Virus record (IMG/VR): IMGVR_UViG_3300042564_003748
Location: 1 to 34,718 of that record
DNA from: a virus
Taxonomy: Duplodnaviria > Caudoviricetes
DNA length: 34,718 bases
Direction: 5' to 3' (one strand)
The position numbers were made by a program, and so were the translations under genes. Each line of letters begins with the position of its first letter. Position 1 is the stretch's first letter. Under the pieces are notes generated by a model. The model was not told the origin of the DNA, did not search any database, and saw only the letters and a list, made by a program, of their open reading frames with translations. Shown here one piece after another: positions 10,636 to 19,770 of the stretch.

Positions 10636-11599
10636 AAATAAGAAAATATTAATTACAGGTGGTTGTGGAATGATTGGAAGATCATTGGTAGATAAACTAC
10701 TAAAAGAGGAATGTGAAATAACTGTGGCGGATTTAACTGCGCCAACAGATTTACCTGATGGTGTTAAGTTTGTTAAAGTCGACTTGAGAGATTTTCACGC
10801 GTGTTTACACATATGTGCCGACAAAAATTATGTTTTCCATTTAGCAGGTGTTAAAGGTTCACCAAAAATGGCTTTAGAACAACCTAAAGATTTCATGGTT
10901 CCAATGTTACAGTTTAACACTAACATGATGGAGGCTGCGTTTCGTTCTAATGTTGATTGGTATCTTTACACTAGTTCAGTTGGTGTTTACTCACCCGCAG
11001 AAGTGTTTTTTGAAGATACCGTATGGTCAACATTTCCATCACCAAACGACAAGTATGCTGGATGGGCAAAAAGGATTGGTGAACTACAAGCTGAAACATA
11101 TAAAATACAACACAGTTGGGATAGGATTTCAATAGTAAGACCGGCAAACGTTTACGGTTTATACGATAACTTCAATCCAAAAAATGCGATGGTTATTCCT
11201 TCACTAATAAGAAAAGCACAAGAGAATGATGTACTTGAAGTATTTGGTGATGGTAGTCAAATTAGAGATTTCATATTTGCTGATGATGTTGCGAATGGTA
11301 TGATTCACGCTGTTAAAAATAAGATAACACAACCCATAAATTTAGGTTCAGGTAAAGGATTCACAATAAAAGAAATTGTTGATATTGTTGTAAAATATTC
11401 AGGTAGAGATATTGAAGTTAAATGGTTAACCGACGCACCTGCTGGTGATAAAATTAGATTGTTTGATACGACTCGTGCTAAACTTTATGGATTCGAAGCA
11501 ACTATAGGTTTAGAAGAAGGAATTGGGAACACAACTAATTGGTTCATCAACAATAAAGAAACATTAGATAAAAGATATAACGCATTTGTTAATGGATAA
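10625..11599 (+). CDS. NAD-dependent epimerase/reductase (extended SDR; GDP-fucose synthase/GDP-mannose epimerase-like)
   Basis: ITGGCGMIG, HLAG, SSVGVY, YAGWAK, RPANVYG.YDNF, VIPSLIRK, RDFIF..D. Confidence 0.85.
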   Translation: MSFKNKKILITGGCGMIGRSLVDKLLKEECEITVADLTAPTDLPDGVKFVKVDLRDFHACLHICADKNYVFHLAGVKGSPKMALEQPKDFMVPMLQFNTNMMEAAFRSNVDWYLYTSSVGVYSPAEVFFEDTVWSTFPSPNDKYAGWAKRIGELQAETYKIQHSWDRISIVRPANVYGLYDNFNPKNAMVIPSLIRKAQENDVLEVFGDGSQIRDFIFADDVANGMIHAVKNKITQPINLGSGKGFTIKEIVDIVVKYSGRDIEVKWLTDAPAGDKIRLFDTTRAKLYGFEATIGLEEGIGNTTNWFINNKETLDKRYNAFVNG

Positions 11600-12545
11600 T
11601 TTTTTTAAAGATAAGAAAGTAGTTGTTACTGGTGGTTCTGGTTTTATTGGTACCCATTTTTTAAAGGAATTGGTAAACAGAGGTGCTAGAGTAAGAACGT
11701 CAACAAACAACGCACAGTTACAATTTGAAAGTGACGAACTAATAGTTTATAATGGTTTAAATTTATTATCATTAGATGATTGTCTTAAACTTACGGAAGA
11801 TGCTGACTATGTTATTCATTGTGCCGGTGAAGTGGCGCATCCATCATCAGTACCAACCGATGTACAAATATCTTTAAAACAATTAAATTTAATCGGTAAT
11901 GTATTAGAGTCTTGTGTTAAGAATGGTGTTAAACGATTCTTAGATTTGAATAGTTCGACTGGTTATCCTGATATTAGACGACCACTAACTGAGGATGAAT
12001 ATTGGGTAGATGAACCGTATAAATCTTATTATGGCTATGGTTGGATGAGAAGATATAGAGAGAAGTTAATGGAACATGTTTCTAAGTTCTCAGGATTAGA
12101 AATCGCACTCGCAAGATGTACCGCAATATTTGGTCCACATGATAACTTTAACCCTAAAACTTGTCACGTAGTTCCGGCATTAATCAAACGAGTACTTGAT
12201 GATGAAAATCCTTTCACCGCGTGGGGTTCACCTGATGTAGTAAGAGATTTTTTATATGTTAAAGATGTTGTCGATGGTGCGTTACTGATTTTAGAAAAAG
12301 GCGAATCGATGAGACCATATAATTTAGGTTATGGTGGTGGAATTACTATCGGTGAAATATTGGATACCATATTAAAAGTAACAGGTAAAACACCTGAAAT
12401 TGTATGGGATAACACTAAACCAACAACAATTCCATATCGTGCTGTTAGTACCGATAGAATTAAAAATGAATTAGGGTTTAAACCGAAATACACATTTGAA
12501 GAGGGTATTAGGGAAACAATAGAATATTATAAAAATAAAAGTTAG
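11592..12545 (+). CDS. NAD-dependent epimerase/reductase (extended SDR; GDP-fucose synthase-like)
   Basis: VTGGSGFIG, FGPHDNF, HVVPALIKR, WGS....RDFLYVKD. The YxxxK motif appears as YGWMR. ATG 11592 is preferred over TTG 11586. Confidence 0.85.
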   Translation: MDNFFKDKKVVVTGGSGFIGTHFLKELVNRGARVRTSTNNAQLQFESDELIVYNGLNLLSLDDCLKLTEDADYVIHCAGEVAHPSSVPTDVQISLKQLNLIGNVLESCVKNGVKRFLDLNSSTGYPDIRRPLTEDEYWVDEPYKSYYGYGWMRRYREKLMEHVSKFSGLEIALARCTAIFGPHDNFNPKTCHVVPALIKRVLDDENPFTAWGSPDVVRDFLYVKDVVDGALLILEKGESMRPYNLGYGGGITIGEILDTILKVTGKTPEIVWDNTKPTTIPYRAVSTDRIKNELGFKPKYTFEEGIRETIEYYKNKS

Positions 12546-12548
12546 AGT

Positions 12549-13556
12549 ATGAATGTATTAATTACGGGGATTTGTGGAATGGTGGGATCACACTTAGCTG
12601 ATTTTCTTTTAGAAAACACTGATTGGAAGATTTATGGATTTACAAGATGGAACGATTCTTTAGAAAATTTAGAACACCTATCGGATAGAATAAATAAGAA
12701 AAATAGAATTGAATTGGTATATGGAGATTTAAACGACCTTGTATCAATATCAAATGCTGTTGAGATTGCTAAACCTGCTTATGTTTTTCATTTAGGGGCA
12801 CAATCATACCCACAGACAAGTTTCATATCACCAGTGGAAACATTACAAACTAATATCATTGGTACAACTAACTTGTTAGAGGCATTAAAGAACTCAAGAT
12901 ATAAAGAGGCTTACATTCATGTTTGTGCCTCAAGTGAAGTGTTCGGTAAAGTGCCAAAAGAAAAATTACCGATTGATGAGGAGTGTAGTTTTCATCCAGC
13001 GTCACCATACGCAATTTCAAAAATTGGAACTGATTTGATTGGTAGATACTATGGTGAGGCTTTTGGAATGAATGTAATGACAACAAGAATGTTTACACAT
13101 ACAGGACCAAGAAGAGGTGATGTGTTCTCTGAATCAACATTTGCGAAACAAGTGGCAATGATTGAAGTTGGATTACAAGAACCGAAAATTTATGTAGGTA
13201 ATTTAGAATCATTAAGAACTTATGCGGACGTTAGAGACGCGGTTAGAGCATATTACATGTTATTAACCATCAACCCTACTAAAGGTGAGTATTATAACAT
13301 TGGAGGAAGTTACACTTGTAAAATCGGTGATGTATTGAATTACTTCATCAGTAAATCAACTGTTAAGAATATTGAAATTGTAATTGACAAAGATAGATTA
13401 AGACCTATTGATGCCGATTTACAAGTACCAAATACAAATAAGTTTAAACAACACACTGGTTGGGAACCAACTATACCTTTTGAAAAGACAATGGACGATT
13501 TGTTGGAATATTGGAGGGATAGAGTTAAGACTGGTAGAAAATTTTTAAATAGATAA
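12549..13556 (+). CDS. gmd: GDP-mannose 4,6-dehydratase family protein
   Basis: LITGICGMVGSHLADFLL, HLGAQS, ASSEVFG, SPYAISK, F.HTGPRRG..F, GNL...R...DVRD.V.AY, RLRP.D. Confidence 0.75.
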   Translation: MNVLITGICGMVGSHLADFLLENTDWKIYGFTRWNDSLENLEHLSDRINKKNRIELVYGDLNDLVSISNAVEIAKPAYVFHLGAQSYPQTSFISPVETLQTNIIGTTNLLEALKNSRYKEAYIHVCASSEVFGKVPKEKLPIDEECSFHPASPYAISKIGTDLIGRYYGEAFGMNVMTTRMFTHTGPRRGDVFSESTFAKQVAMIEVGLQEPKIYVGNLESLRTYADVRDAVRAYYMLLTINPTKGEYYNIGGSYTCKIGDVLNYFISKSTVKNIEIVIDKDRLRPIDADLQVPNTNKFKQHTGWEPTIPFEKTMDDLLEYWRDRVKTGRKFLNR

Positions 13557-13557
13557 A

Positions 13558-13992
13558 ATGAAAGAGAGAAAGTACTTGCCGACATTGGCAGAATTGATTG
13601 ACCGAATGAGTATTTCACAACTTAAAGAAGTATTCATTACAGAACATAAAGAAGAGTACGGTAAAGAAATCAGTGATATTCAACACGACGTACAACTTTT
13701 TTTAGATGATAACCCTAACTGTATAACTGCGGAAACTATCAGAGCAATTATTGTTTTAGCTCAGACTAATTTACACATTTGGCACAACGAATCTAATTAC
13801 CGTAAAGGAATTAAAGAAGGGAATAATCTTGAACTAACACATGGTTTGAATGGTGTTAGAAATACCGCTAAGAATAGAATACAAGAAGTTGTTGGCGGTA
13901 GAAAAGATTATAAGTTAGATTGTTTAGCCGCTGAATTCCAAAATTGGGGAATTAGTTGGGAAGGAAATAAAGCAGAAGAAAACGAAGGATAA
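13558..13992 (+). CDS. Hypothetical helical protein within the NDP-sugar module
   Basis: Clean 144-aa ORF coupled to both neighbours. LAELIDRMSI.QLK, N..IWH.E and N..RN..K..I are reminiscent of DUF4254/DUF6165-type proteins. Confidence 0.55.
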   Translation: MKERKYLPTLAELIDRMSISQLKEVFITEHKEEYGKEISDIQHDVQLFLDDNPNCITAETIRAIIVLAQTNLHIWHNESNYRKGIKEGNNLELTHGLNGVRNTAKNRIQEVVGGRKDYKLDCLAAEFQNWGISWEGNKAEENEG

Positions 13993-14603
13993 TGTATAGT
14001 AAAAATAAAACTGATTTAATTGAATTAGGTTATACGGTTATTGATGATTTTTTACCAATTGACGTTGCCAAAAAAATTCATTCATTATTTGTGAATGAAA
14101 CGAATTGGGAATTGAAACATCAGGTGAGAGACCATCATTATGAACATGTGTTTAAAACCGAATCACCTTTCCTCCCGAAAGGAGATGAACCATATTCAAC
14201 ACGATTTAATAGGTCAGTTAATTTGGAACAAAATGATGATATTAAAAATATCTACGATGAATATTTTGTTCCGATGTTAAAAGAAGTTTCTCCATTTGAA
14301 TTAAATGAATTTGATGTGAGATGTCACAAGTCCGAGAAGGGTGATTATTTTAGAACACATATCGATGACTACGGTGGAAACATTAATCTAATTTATTACG
14401 TCAACGAAAAGTGGATGTGGGATTGGGGTGGAATATTGAACATTGCCGATGACAAAGACTTTGATTTTAATAAACAAATATTACCAAAATTTAATAGAGT
14501 TACATTATTGAATAATAAGGTTTTTAGATCTCCTCACTTTGTAACATCTGTTGAGGAATACGCACAATTTCCGAGATATTCAATTGTGTCATTTAACAAA
14601 TAG
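13992..14603 (+). CDS. 2OG-Fe(II) oxygenase (prolyl-hydroxylase-like)
   Basis: HID (HxD), W..DWGG.L, PKFNR, distal HFV, RYS. Confidence 0.85.
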   Translation: MYSKNKTDLIELGYTVIDDFLPIDVAKKIHSLFVNETNWELKHQVRDHHYEHVFKTESPFLPKGDEPYSTRFNRSVNLEQNDDIKNIYDEYFVPMLKEVSPFELNEFDVRCHKSEKGDYFRTHIDDYGGNINLIYYVNEKWMWDWGGILNIADDKDFDFNKQILPKFNRVTLLNNKVFRSPHFVTSVEEYAQFPRYSIVSFNK

Positions 14604-14606
14604 AAT

Positions 14607-15239
14607 ATGATTAAAAATTTATATGACCATTTACCCATAGTTAATGAGCCTTTATGGGACAAAGCGGGATTGGTTCAGTTTGAAAGAAAAATGGCTGACC
14701 ATTGGGAAGCTGGCAAAGTAAGAGGACCGATACATTTAAGTGGAGGTAATGAAGATGAACTAATTGAGATATTCAAGTACGTTAAAAAAACGGATTGGGT
14801 ATTTTCAACATGGAGGTCACACTATCACGCACTATTAAAGGGAATTCCATCCGAATGGTTAGAACAAGAAATATTAGAAGGACGTTCAATTACGATTGTT
14901 AATAAAGAAGAGAAATTCTATAGTTCGGCAATTGTTGGTGGAATTATACCGATAGCAGTTGGTGTTGCGATGTCAAATAAACGAAAAGGTATTAATGACA
15001 CTGTTTGGTGTTTTGTGGGTGATATGACATTTGAAACCGGTACCTTTATGGAAAATTATAAGTACTCCAAGAATTTTGACTTACCAATTAAATTTGTAGT
15101 TGAAGATAACGGAGTATCAACTAATACACCAACAATTGATACATGGAATAAAAAAAGTGAAATACCTGAAGATGTAATTTGGTATCAATATAAAAAAGAG
15201 TGGCCGCACTACGGAACAGGGAAATGGGTAATTTTTTAA
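14607..15239 (+). CDS. TPP-dependent dehydrogenase E1 alpha-like subunit (short)
   Basis: G.IHLS.G.E, STWRSHYHAL.KG, IVGG..P.AVG.A, TPP motif GD...E.G.F.E...(N)..VVEDN. Confidence 0.85.
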   Translation: MIKNLYDHLPIVNEPLWDKAGLVQFERKMADHWEAGKVRGPIHLSGGNEDELIEIFKYVKKTDWVFSTWRSHYHALLKGIPSEWLEQEILEGRSITIVNKEEKFYSSAIVGGIIPIAVGVAMSNKRKGINDTVWCFVGDMTFETGTFMENYKYSKNFDLPIKFVVEDNGVSTNTPTIDTWNKKSEIPEDVIWYQYKKEWPHYGTGKWVIF

Positions 15240-16426
15240 ATTTAGTTTATGATACTCTTAATGTGACTAAAGAAGAAGTCACAAATTACATGGATACCTA
15301 CGTTGGGTTTTCCGATTATAAAGTGTTTCATATAAATGAGATTCCAAATAATGACGAAAAATACTATTACTTTTTTGAGTATAGATATTATCTTACATCT
15401 TATATTGTTGCAGAGAAAAAATTACCATTTAATAATTTAGTTTTGGACCTTTTAAAAACAAACCCAAACTTCAATTTAATAATAAAAAATGATGCCGAAT
15501 CCGATGATGATATTTTAATTGAATCACTTGACTCGATTTTTAAAAACATTGGGATTGATACGAATAAAATCGTGGTTATTAATTGTAACGAAAGGAATTT
15601 AGATTTAAAACAAAGACTAAAAACAAATATAAAAACACAAACAACCAATAACGGTAAATGGGCTATCGCTAAATTACTAACACAATTTCCATACGAATAT
15701 AAGATTGATAGGTCTTCGTTATTTATGACTTATAATCGTAATGTAAAAATACATCGTTTCGCATTATTGGCACGTTTAATGAAACATGGTATAATTGATA
15801 ATGTTGATTGGAGTTGGATTAGGGGATATGAGGTTAGAAATCATTTTTTACCGTTAGATGTTGATATTCATGATTGTTGGTTCCTAAAGCCATTGTTCAC
15901 TGATGATGAAATTAAAGAATGTGAGAAGGAAATCACTGAATTGGCGAATATTGACATTAAAAAAAGTGTTAATGAGAAGGATTACGAAGTTGATTTCCCA
16001 CCTTACAGATTTGATTGGGATGCTTCTTATTCTAACAACCCTTATTCGTACTCGTATATCAACATTGTTACGGAAACAAATTTTGATAAGGATGATATAA
16101 TCATATTGAGTGAAAAGTCATTCATACCATTATACTATTCACAAATACCGATAATCATGGCAAGTACCAATCATATAAAGAAAATGAGAGATCTTTACGG
16201 ATTCGATTTTTTTGATGATGTGGTGAATCACGATTATGATAGTGAACCAAACCCTAAGAAAAGATTTGAGATGATTATCAATGAGGTAATCAGATTAAAT
16301 AATAAAAAAGAAGAGATTGTTAACTTCTTCAAAGAGAACAAAGAACGTTTTGACAACAATATTAAAATTTTTGAGAAAATAAAAACCGACAAAACAGATT
16401 ATAATTTTTACAATAGTTTACGATGA
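15224..16426 (+). CDS. Putative glycosyltransferase-like protein (paralog family)
   Basis: Start reassigned to ATG 15224 (MGNFLNLVYD, compare MKRKLNLVYD of 5223). FMTYNRNVKIHR, SYINIVTET...LSEKSFIP, GFDFFDDVVNHDYD. Confidence 0.55.
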   Translation: MGNFLNLVYDTLNVTKEEVTNYMDTYVGFSDYKVFHINEIPNNDEKYYYFFEYRYYLTSYIVAEKKLPFNNLVLDLLKTNPNFNLIIKNDAESDDDILIESLDSIFKNIGIDTNKIVVINCNERNLDLKQRLKTNIKTQTTNNGKWAIAKLLTQFPYEYKIDRSSLFMTYNRNVKIHRFALLARLMKHGIIDNVDWSWIRGYEVRNHFLPLDVDIHDCWFLKPLFTDDEIKECEKEITELANIDIKKSVNEKDYEVDFPPYRFDWDASYSNNPYSYSYINIVTETNFDKDDIIILSEKSFIPLYYSQIPIIMASTNHIKKMRDLYGFDFFDDVVNHDYDSEPNPKKRFEMIINEVIRLNNKKEEIVNFFKENKERFDNNIKIFEKIKTDKTDYNFYNSLR

Positions 16427-16962
16427 ATCAAGATACAAGTTACAAAGACGCATTAACAAATGCAATGACATTTTTAGGTGAGAAAACCGACACCCTTTTT
16501 ATCGGGCAACAAACCCTATACCCCGGTAATCCGATGAGTACCACATTAGGTAATGTTCCTAAGGAAAAGATTATCGAGTTACCTGTGATGGAAGATTCAC
16601 AAATGGGAATGACTTTGGGTATGGCTATGACAGGTGATTTTGTTGTTAGTTTTTATCCGAGATGGGACTTCCTTGTTTGTGCCACAAATCAATTACTGAA
16701 CCATTTAGATAAGATTAAATTAATGAGCAATAATCAATTTAATCCAAACATCATTATTCGTTTAGGTAAGGGATCAGATACCCCAATTGACCCAGGACAT
16801 CAACATAAAGGAAGTTACTTTTTAGAATACCAATCATTATGTAGAAACATCACGTTCCACAATCTTTCGTCATTCGAATCAATCGAAGAGACGTATAAAG
16901 AGGCGTACGAAGAAGGTGGAATCCACATTATTGTCGAATACCCTGAATTATATACTCGTTAA
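16423..16962 (+). CDS. TPP-dependent E1 beta/transketolase pyrimidine-binding domain protein (lacks C-terminal domain)
   Basis: Y.DAL..AM, FIGQ, ELPVME..QMG...GMA..G, DFL..A.NQL.N..DK, GHQH. Confidence 0.8.
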   Translation: MNQDTSYKDALTNAMTFLGEKTDTLFIGQQTLYPGNPMSTTLGNVPKEKIIELPVMEDSQMGMTLGMAMTGDFVVSFYPRWDFLVCATNQLLNHLDKIKLMSNNQFNPNIIIRLGKGSDTPIDPGHQHKGSYFLEYQSLCRNITFHNLSSFESIEETYKEAYEEGGIHIIVEYPELYTR

Positions 16963-18011
16963 TGAAAATTGTACACACATATATACCAACTAAAAACGGA
17001 GGTACGTTAAATCGATATACAGCATATTGTATGTTGTTATCAACATTACTTGCGAAAAAACATCATGAGCATGTTTTTCTTTACACAAATAAAGAAATTG
17101 AAAAAATCGTTAAGAAGATTGGTATACCATATAACGTAATTGACACTGAAGTTTTAGAAGGTGTAGAAGTTGAAACATTTAGTGTACCTAAATTAATGGT
17201 ATACACCAAACAAACCCAACCATACCTCCACATCGATTTAGATAGTTTTATTTACCAACCAATTGAAGTTAAATTAGTTGATAGAATTTATTCATCCTTT
17301 GCTGAAGGTTCATCAAATGTTCTATCCTTTGAAAGAAACAATTCGGTTTTCTTTAAGACATATTTGAAAGGTGCTTTTGAAATTCAAGATAAATTACCTG
17401 AAGAGTTTTTGGAATACGTTAAATTTCAAAACATACCTAACATGTCAATATTTGGGGGTCATTCGTGGAAATTAATTGCTGAGGCTACTGAGTATTGTTT
17501 AAAGATATATGAGGATAATAAGGAGTTCTTTGATTCTAATTACTACAATGCTTGTATAATTGAACAACTATTCATACCGGCTGCTATTAGAATGATTCTT
17601 GACAGGGAGAACGAAGAAATTGTAATGGAAAAGGATATATTCAATTTTATTTTTGATAAGAATCCAACAGTAATAGAATTTACCGGGGAAAAGTGGGATT
17701 ACCCCTTTATTATCGAATCAAACGCAGATGTATTAAAGATTGAATCCCAAACCGACCTCTTTAGGAATCTAAACTACAATTTTAATGGATTCCTACATTT
17801 AAATGGGTACAAGACATTTGATGAGGTAATTTTTATGATTAGACAACGAATCATTGATGAATTCGGAGGAAATCATTATATTAATAAAATAGATAAATTA
17901 TTCACCGAAGAAACCAAAACAGATAAGATATTTGATTCGTATTGTGATTATTTAAGAATCAATTTAGATAAAATGGTGAGTATGAAAAATAAAAGTTTTG
18001 GTTTAATATAA
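16962..18011 (+). CDS. DUF6734-like putative DxD transferase
   Basis: LS..LAKKH...LYTN, PKL..Y..Q..PYLHIDLD, PNM.IFGG, IIEQ, FLHL.G. Ends FGLI. Confidence 0.6.
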   Translation: MKIVHTYIPTKNGGTLNRYTAYCMLLSTLLAKKHHEHVFLYTNKEIEKIVKKIGIPYNVIDTEVLEGVEVETFSVPKLMVYTKQTQPYLHIDLDSFIYQPIEVKLVDRIYSSFAEGSSNVLSFERNNSVFFKTYLKGAFEIQDKLPEEFLEYVKFQNIPNMSIFGGHSWKLIAEATEYCLKIYEDNKEFFDSNYYNACIIEQLFIPAAIRMILDRENEEIVMEKDIFNFIFDKNPTVIEFTGEKWDYPFIIESNADVLKIESQTDLFRNLNYNFNGFLHLNGYKTFDEVIFMIRQRIIDEFGGNHYINKIDKLFTEETKTDKIFDSYCDYLRINLDKMVSMKNKSFGLI

Positions 18012-18020
18012 TTATTAATA

Positions 18021-19643
18021 ATGTATATAATTGGAGTATCAGCATATTATCACGATTCCTCTGCTTGTTTGTTCAAAAACGGTGAGTTATTGTTTGCGTG
18101 CGAAGAAGAAAAATTTACGGGAATCAAACATGATTCATCGTTCCCACATAAAACCATAGACTACATCTTTAAGACGTATAAGCTATCAAAAGAAGACATC
18201 GAATGTGTTTGTTACTACGAAGACCCAACTCTGAGATTTAAAAGGAAAAAATCGTTCTTTACTTCGTTATTGAATAACATTAAAGTTAGATATAATTTAA
18301 GTAAAATATCAAGAAAAATTCATTATACCCCACATCACTTATCACATATGGCGTATTCATATTACTCATCAAACTTTAATGATGCTGTAGTAGTTTCAAT
18401 TGACGGTGTGGGTGAAACATCGACAGTATCATTTGGTAAGGGTATTGGTGGTGGATTAAAACAATTAAAAACGATTGAGTACCCACATTCAGTTGGTTTG
18501 TTCTATTCGGCAATGACAGCCTTCTTGGGTTTTAAACCTAATGAAGGTGAATATAAAGTAATGGGATTGGCATCGTATGGTAACCCTGCGAAATATAGAG
18601 ACAAAATGGGTCAATTGATAAAATATAAACAAGAGACCTTAATATGTAATATGGATGTCTTTGTATGGGATAAAGAAGATACAATGATGTTCAATCACCA
18701 ACTTGGTGAGTTATTAGGTTTACCAAATCGATTACCTAACGACAAATTAACTCAAGACCACAAAGATTTAGCGGCCGCAGTACAGGAAAGATATGAGTAT
18801 ATCTTCTTTAAGATTTTAAAAGAGGCTAAACATATGTTTAAATCTAATAACTTATGTTTGGGTGGTGGATGTGCTTATAATGGAAAGGCGAATGGTACTG
18901 TTGTTGATAGTGGTCTATTTAAACATTTATGGGTACCACCAGCACCTTCAGACGCAGGTAATGCTATTGGTAGTTGTTTGTATTATCTTTCATTAACTAA
19001 ACCTACCAGAATCAATCCTTCGCCATTCTTAGGTCCATCGTACAGTGATGGTGAGATTTATAACGCACTTATGGAATATAAACCATTAGTTTCATTTGAA
19101 AGGTTAAATGAAGAGGTATTAATTGCGAAAATTGCTAAATGTTTAAATAATAATTTAGTTGTTGGGTGGTTTAAAGATAGAATTGAATTTGGTGCCAGAG
19201 CTTTAGGTAATAGATCAATATTGGCGAACCCCACACCTCCTGATATGCAAGATAGAATTAATCGAGTAATCAAAAAACGAGAAGGGTTTAGACCATTCGC
19301 ACCTATGGTCGCATTTGAAAATCAAGAAACGTATTTTAAATCAAAAGAATATGTACCTTACATGAACCAAGTTGTTGGAGTCAAAGACGAATACAAAGAT
19401 AAGTTATTGGCGGTAACTCATGTTGACGGAACTGCGAGAATACAATCAGTAACACCTTACAATAAAATTTATTTATTGTTAAAAGAGTTTGAAAAATTAA
19501 GTGGATACCCAATCTTATTGAATACATCATTCAATGTAAAAGATAAGACAATGGTATTAACACCACAAGACGCATTATTCACATTCATCGATACTGAAAT
19601 GGATATTTTAGTATTAGGAAATTATATAGTATATAAAAAATAA
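18021..19643 (+). CDS. O-carbamoyltransferase (NodU/CmcH/TobZ family)
   Basis: YHDSSA, EEKF...KHD..FP, HHLSH, DGVGE, EYKVMGLASYG, GGCAYN, EFGARALGNRSILA.P, KKREGFRPFAP, HVDGTARIQ, LLNTSFN. Confidence 0.95.
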   Translation: MYIIGVSAYYHDSSACLFKNGELLFACEEEKFTGIKHDSSFPHKTIDYIFKTYKLSKEDIECVCYYEDPTLRFKRKKSFFTSLLNNIKVRYNLSKISRKIHYTPHHLSHMAYSYYSSNFNDAVVVSIDGVGETSTVSFGKGIGGGLKQLKTIEYPHSVGLFYSAMTAFLGFKPNEGEYKVMGLASYGNPAKYRDKMGQLIKYKQETLICNMDVFVWDKEDTMMFNHQLGELLGLPNRLPNDKLTQDHKDLAAAVQERYEYIFFKILKEAKHMFKSNNLCLGGGCAYNGKANGTVVDSGLFKHLWVPPAPSDAGNAIGSCLYYLSLTKPTRINPSPFLGPSYSDGEIYNALMEYKPLVSFERLNEEVLIAKIAKCLNNNLVVGWFKDRIEFGARALGNRSILANPTPPDMQDRINRVIKKREGFRPFAPMVAFENQETYFKSKEYVPYMNQVVGVKDEYKDKLLAVTHVDGTARIQSVTPYNKIYLLLKEFEKLSGYPILLNTSFNVKDKTMVLTPQDALFTFIDTEMDILVLGNYIVYKK

Positions 19644-19647
19644 AATT

Positions 19648-19767
19648 ATGATAAAGAAACTTATTAATTGGGTTAAAGCAAAAATTGCTAAAAGAAAAAA
19701 GGAAAAGGAATTTAAAAAGAAATTAGAAGAACTTAGAAGAAGAGACCCATTCATTTATAAACACTAA
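19648..19767 (+). CDS. Small basic protein (39 aa) with DPFIY motif, likely carbamoyltransferase partner
   Basis: Translated by hand: MIKKLINWVKAKIAKRKKEKEFKKKLEELRRRDPFIYKH. It fills the gap between flanking genes. PFIY resembles the C-terminus of SxtK/DUF5989 proteins. Confidence 0.7.
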   Translation: MIKKLINWVKAKIAKRKKEKEFKKKLEELRRRDPFIYKH

Positions 19768-19770
19768 TTT

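Noticed and set aside
14607-16962. Pyruvate dehydrogenase pdhA/pdhB symbols
   Set aside because: The subunits are truncated, no E2/E3 is present, and the context is sugar biosynthesis.
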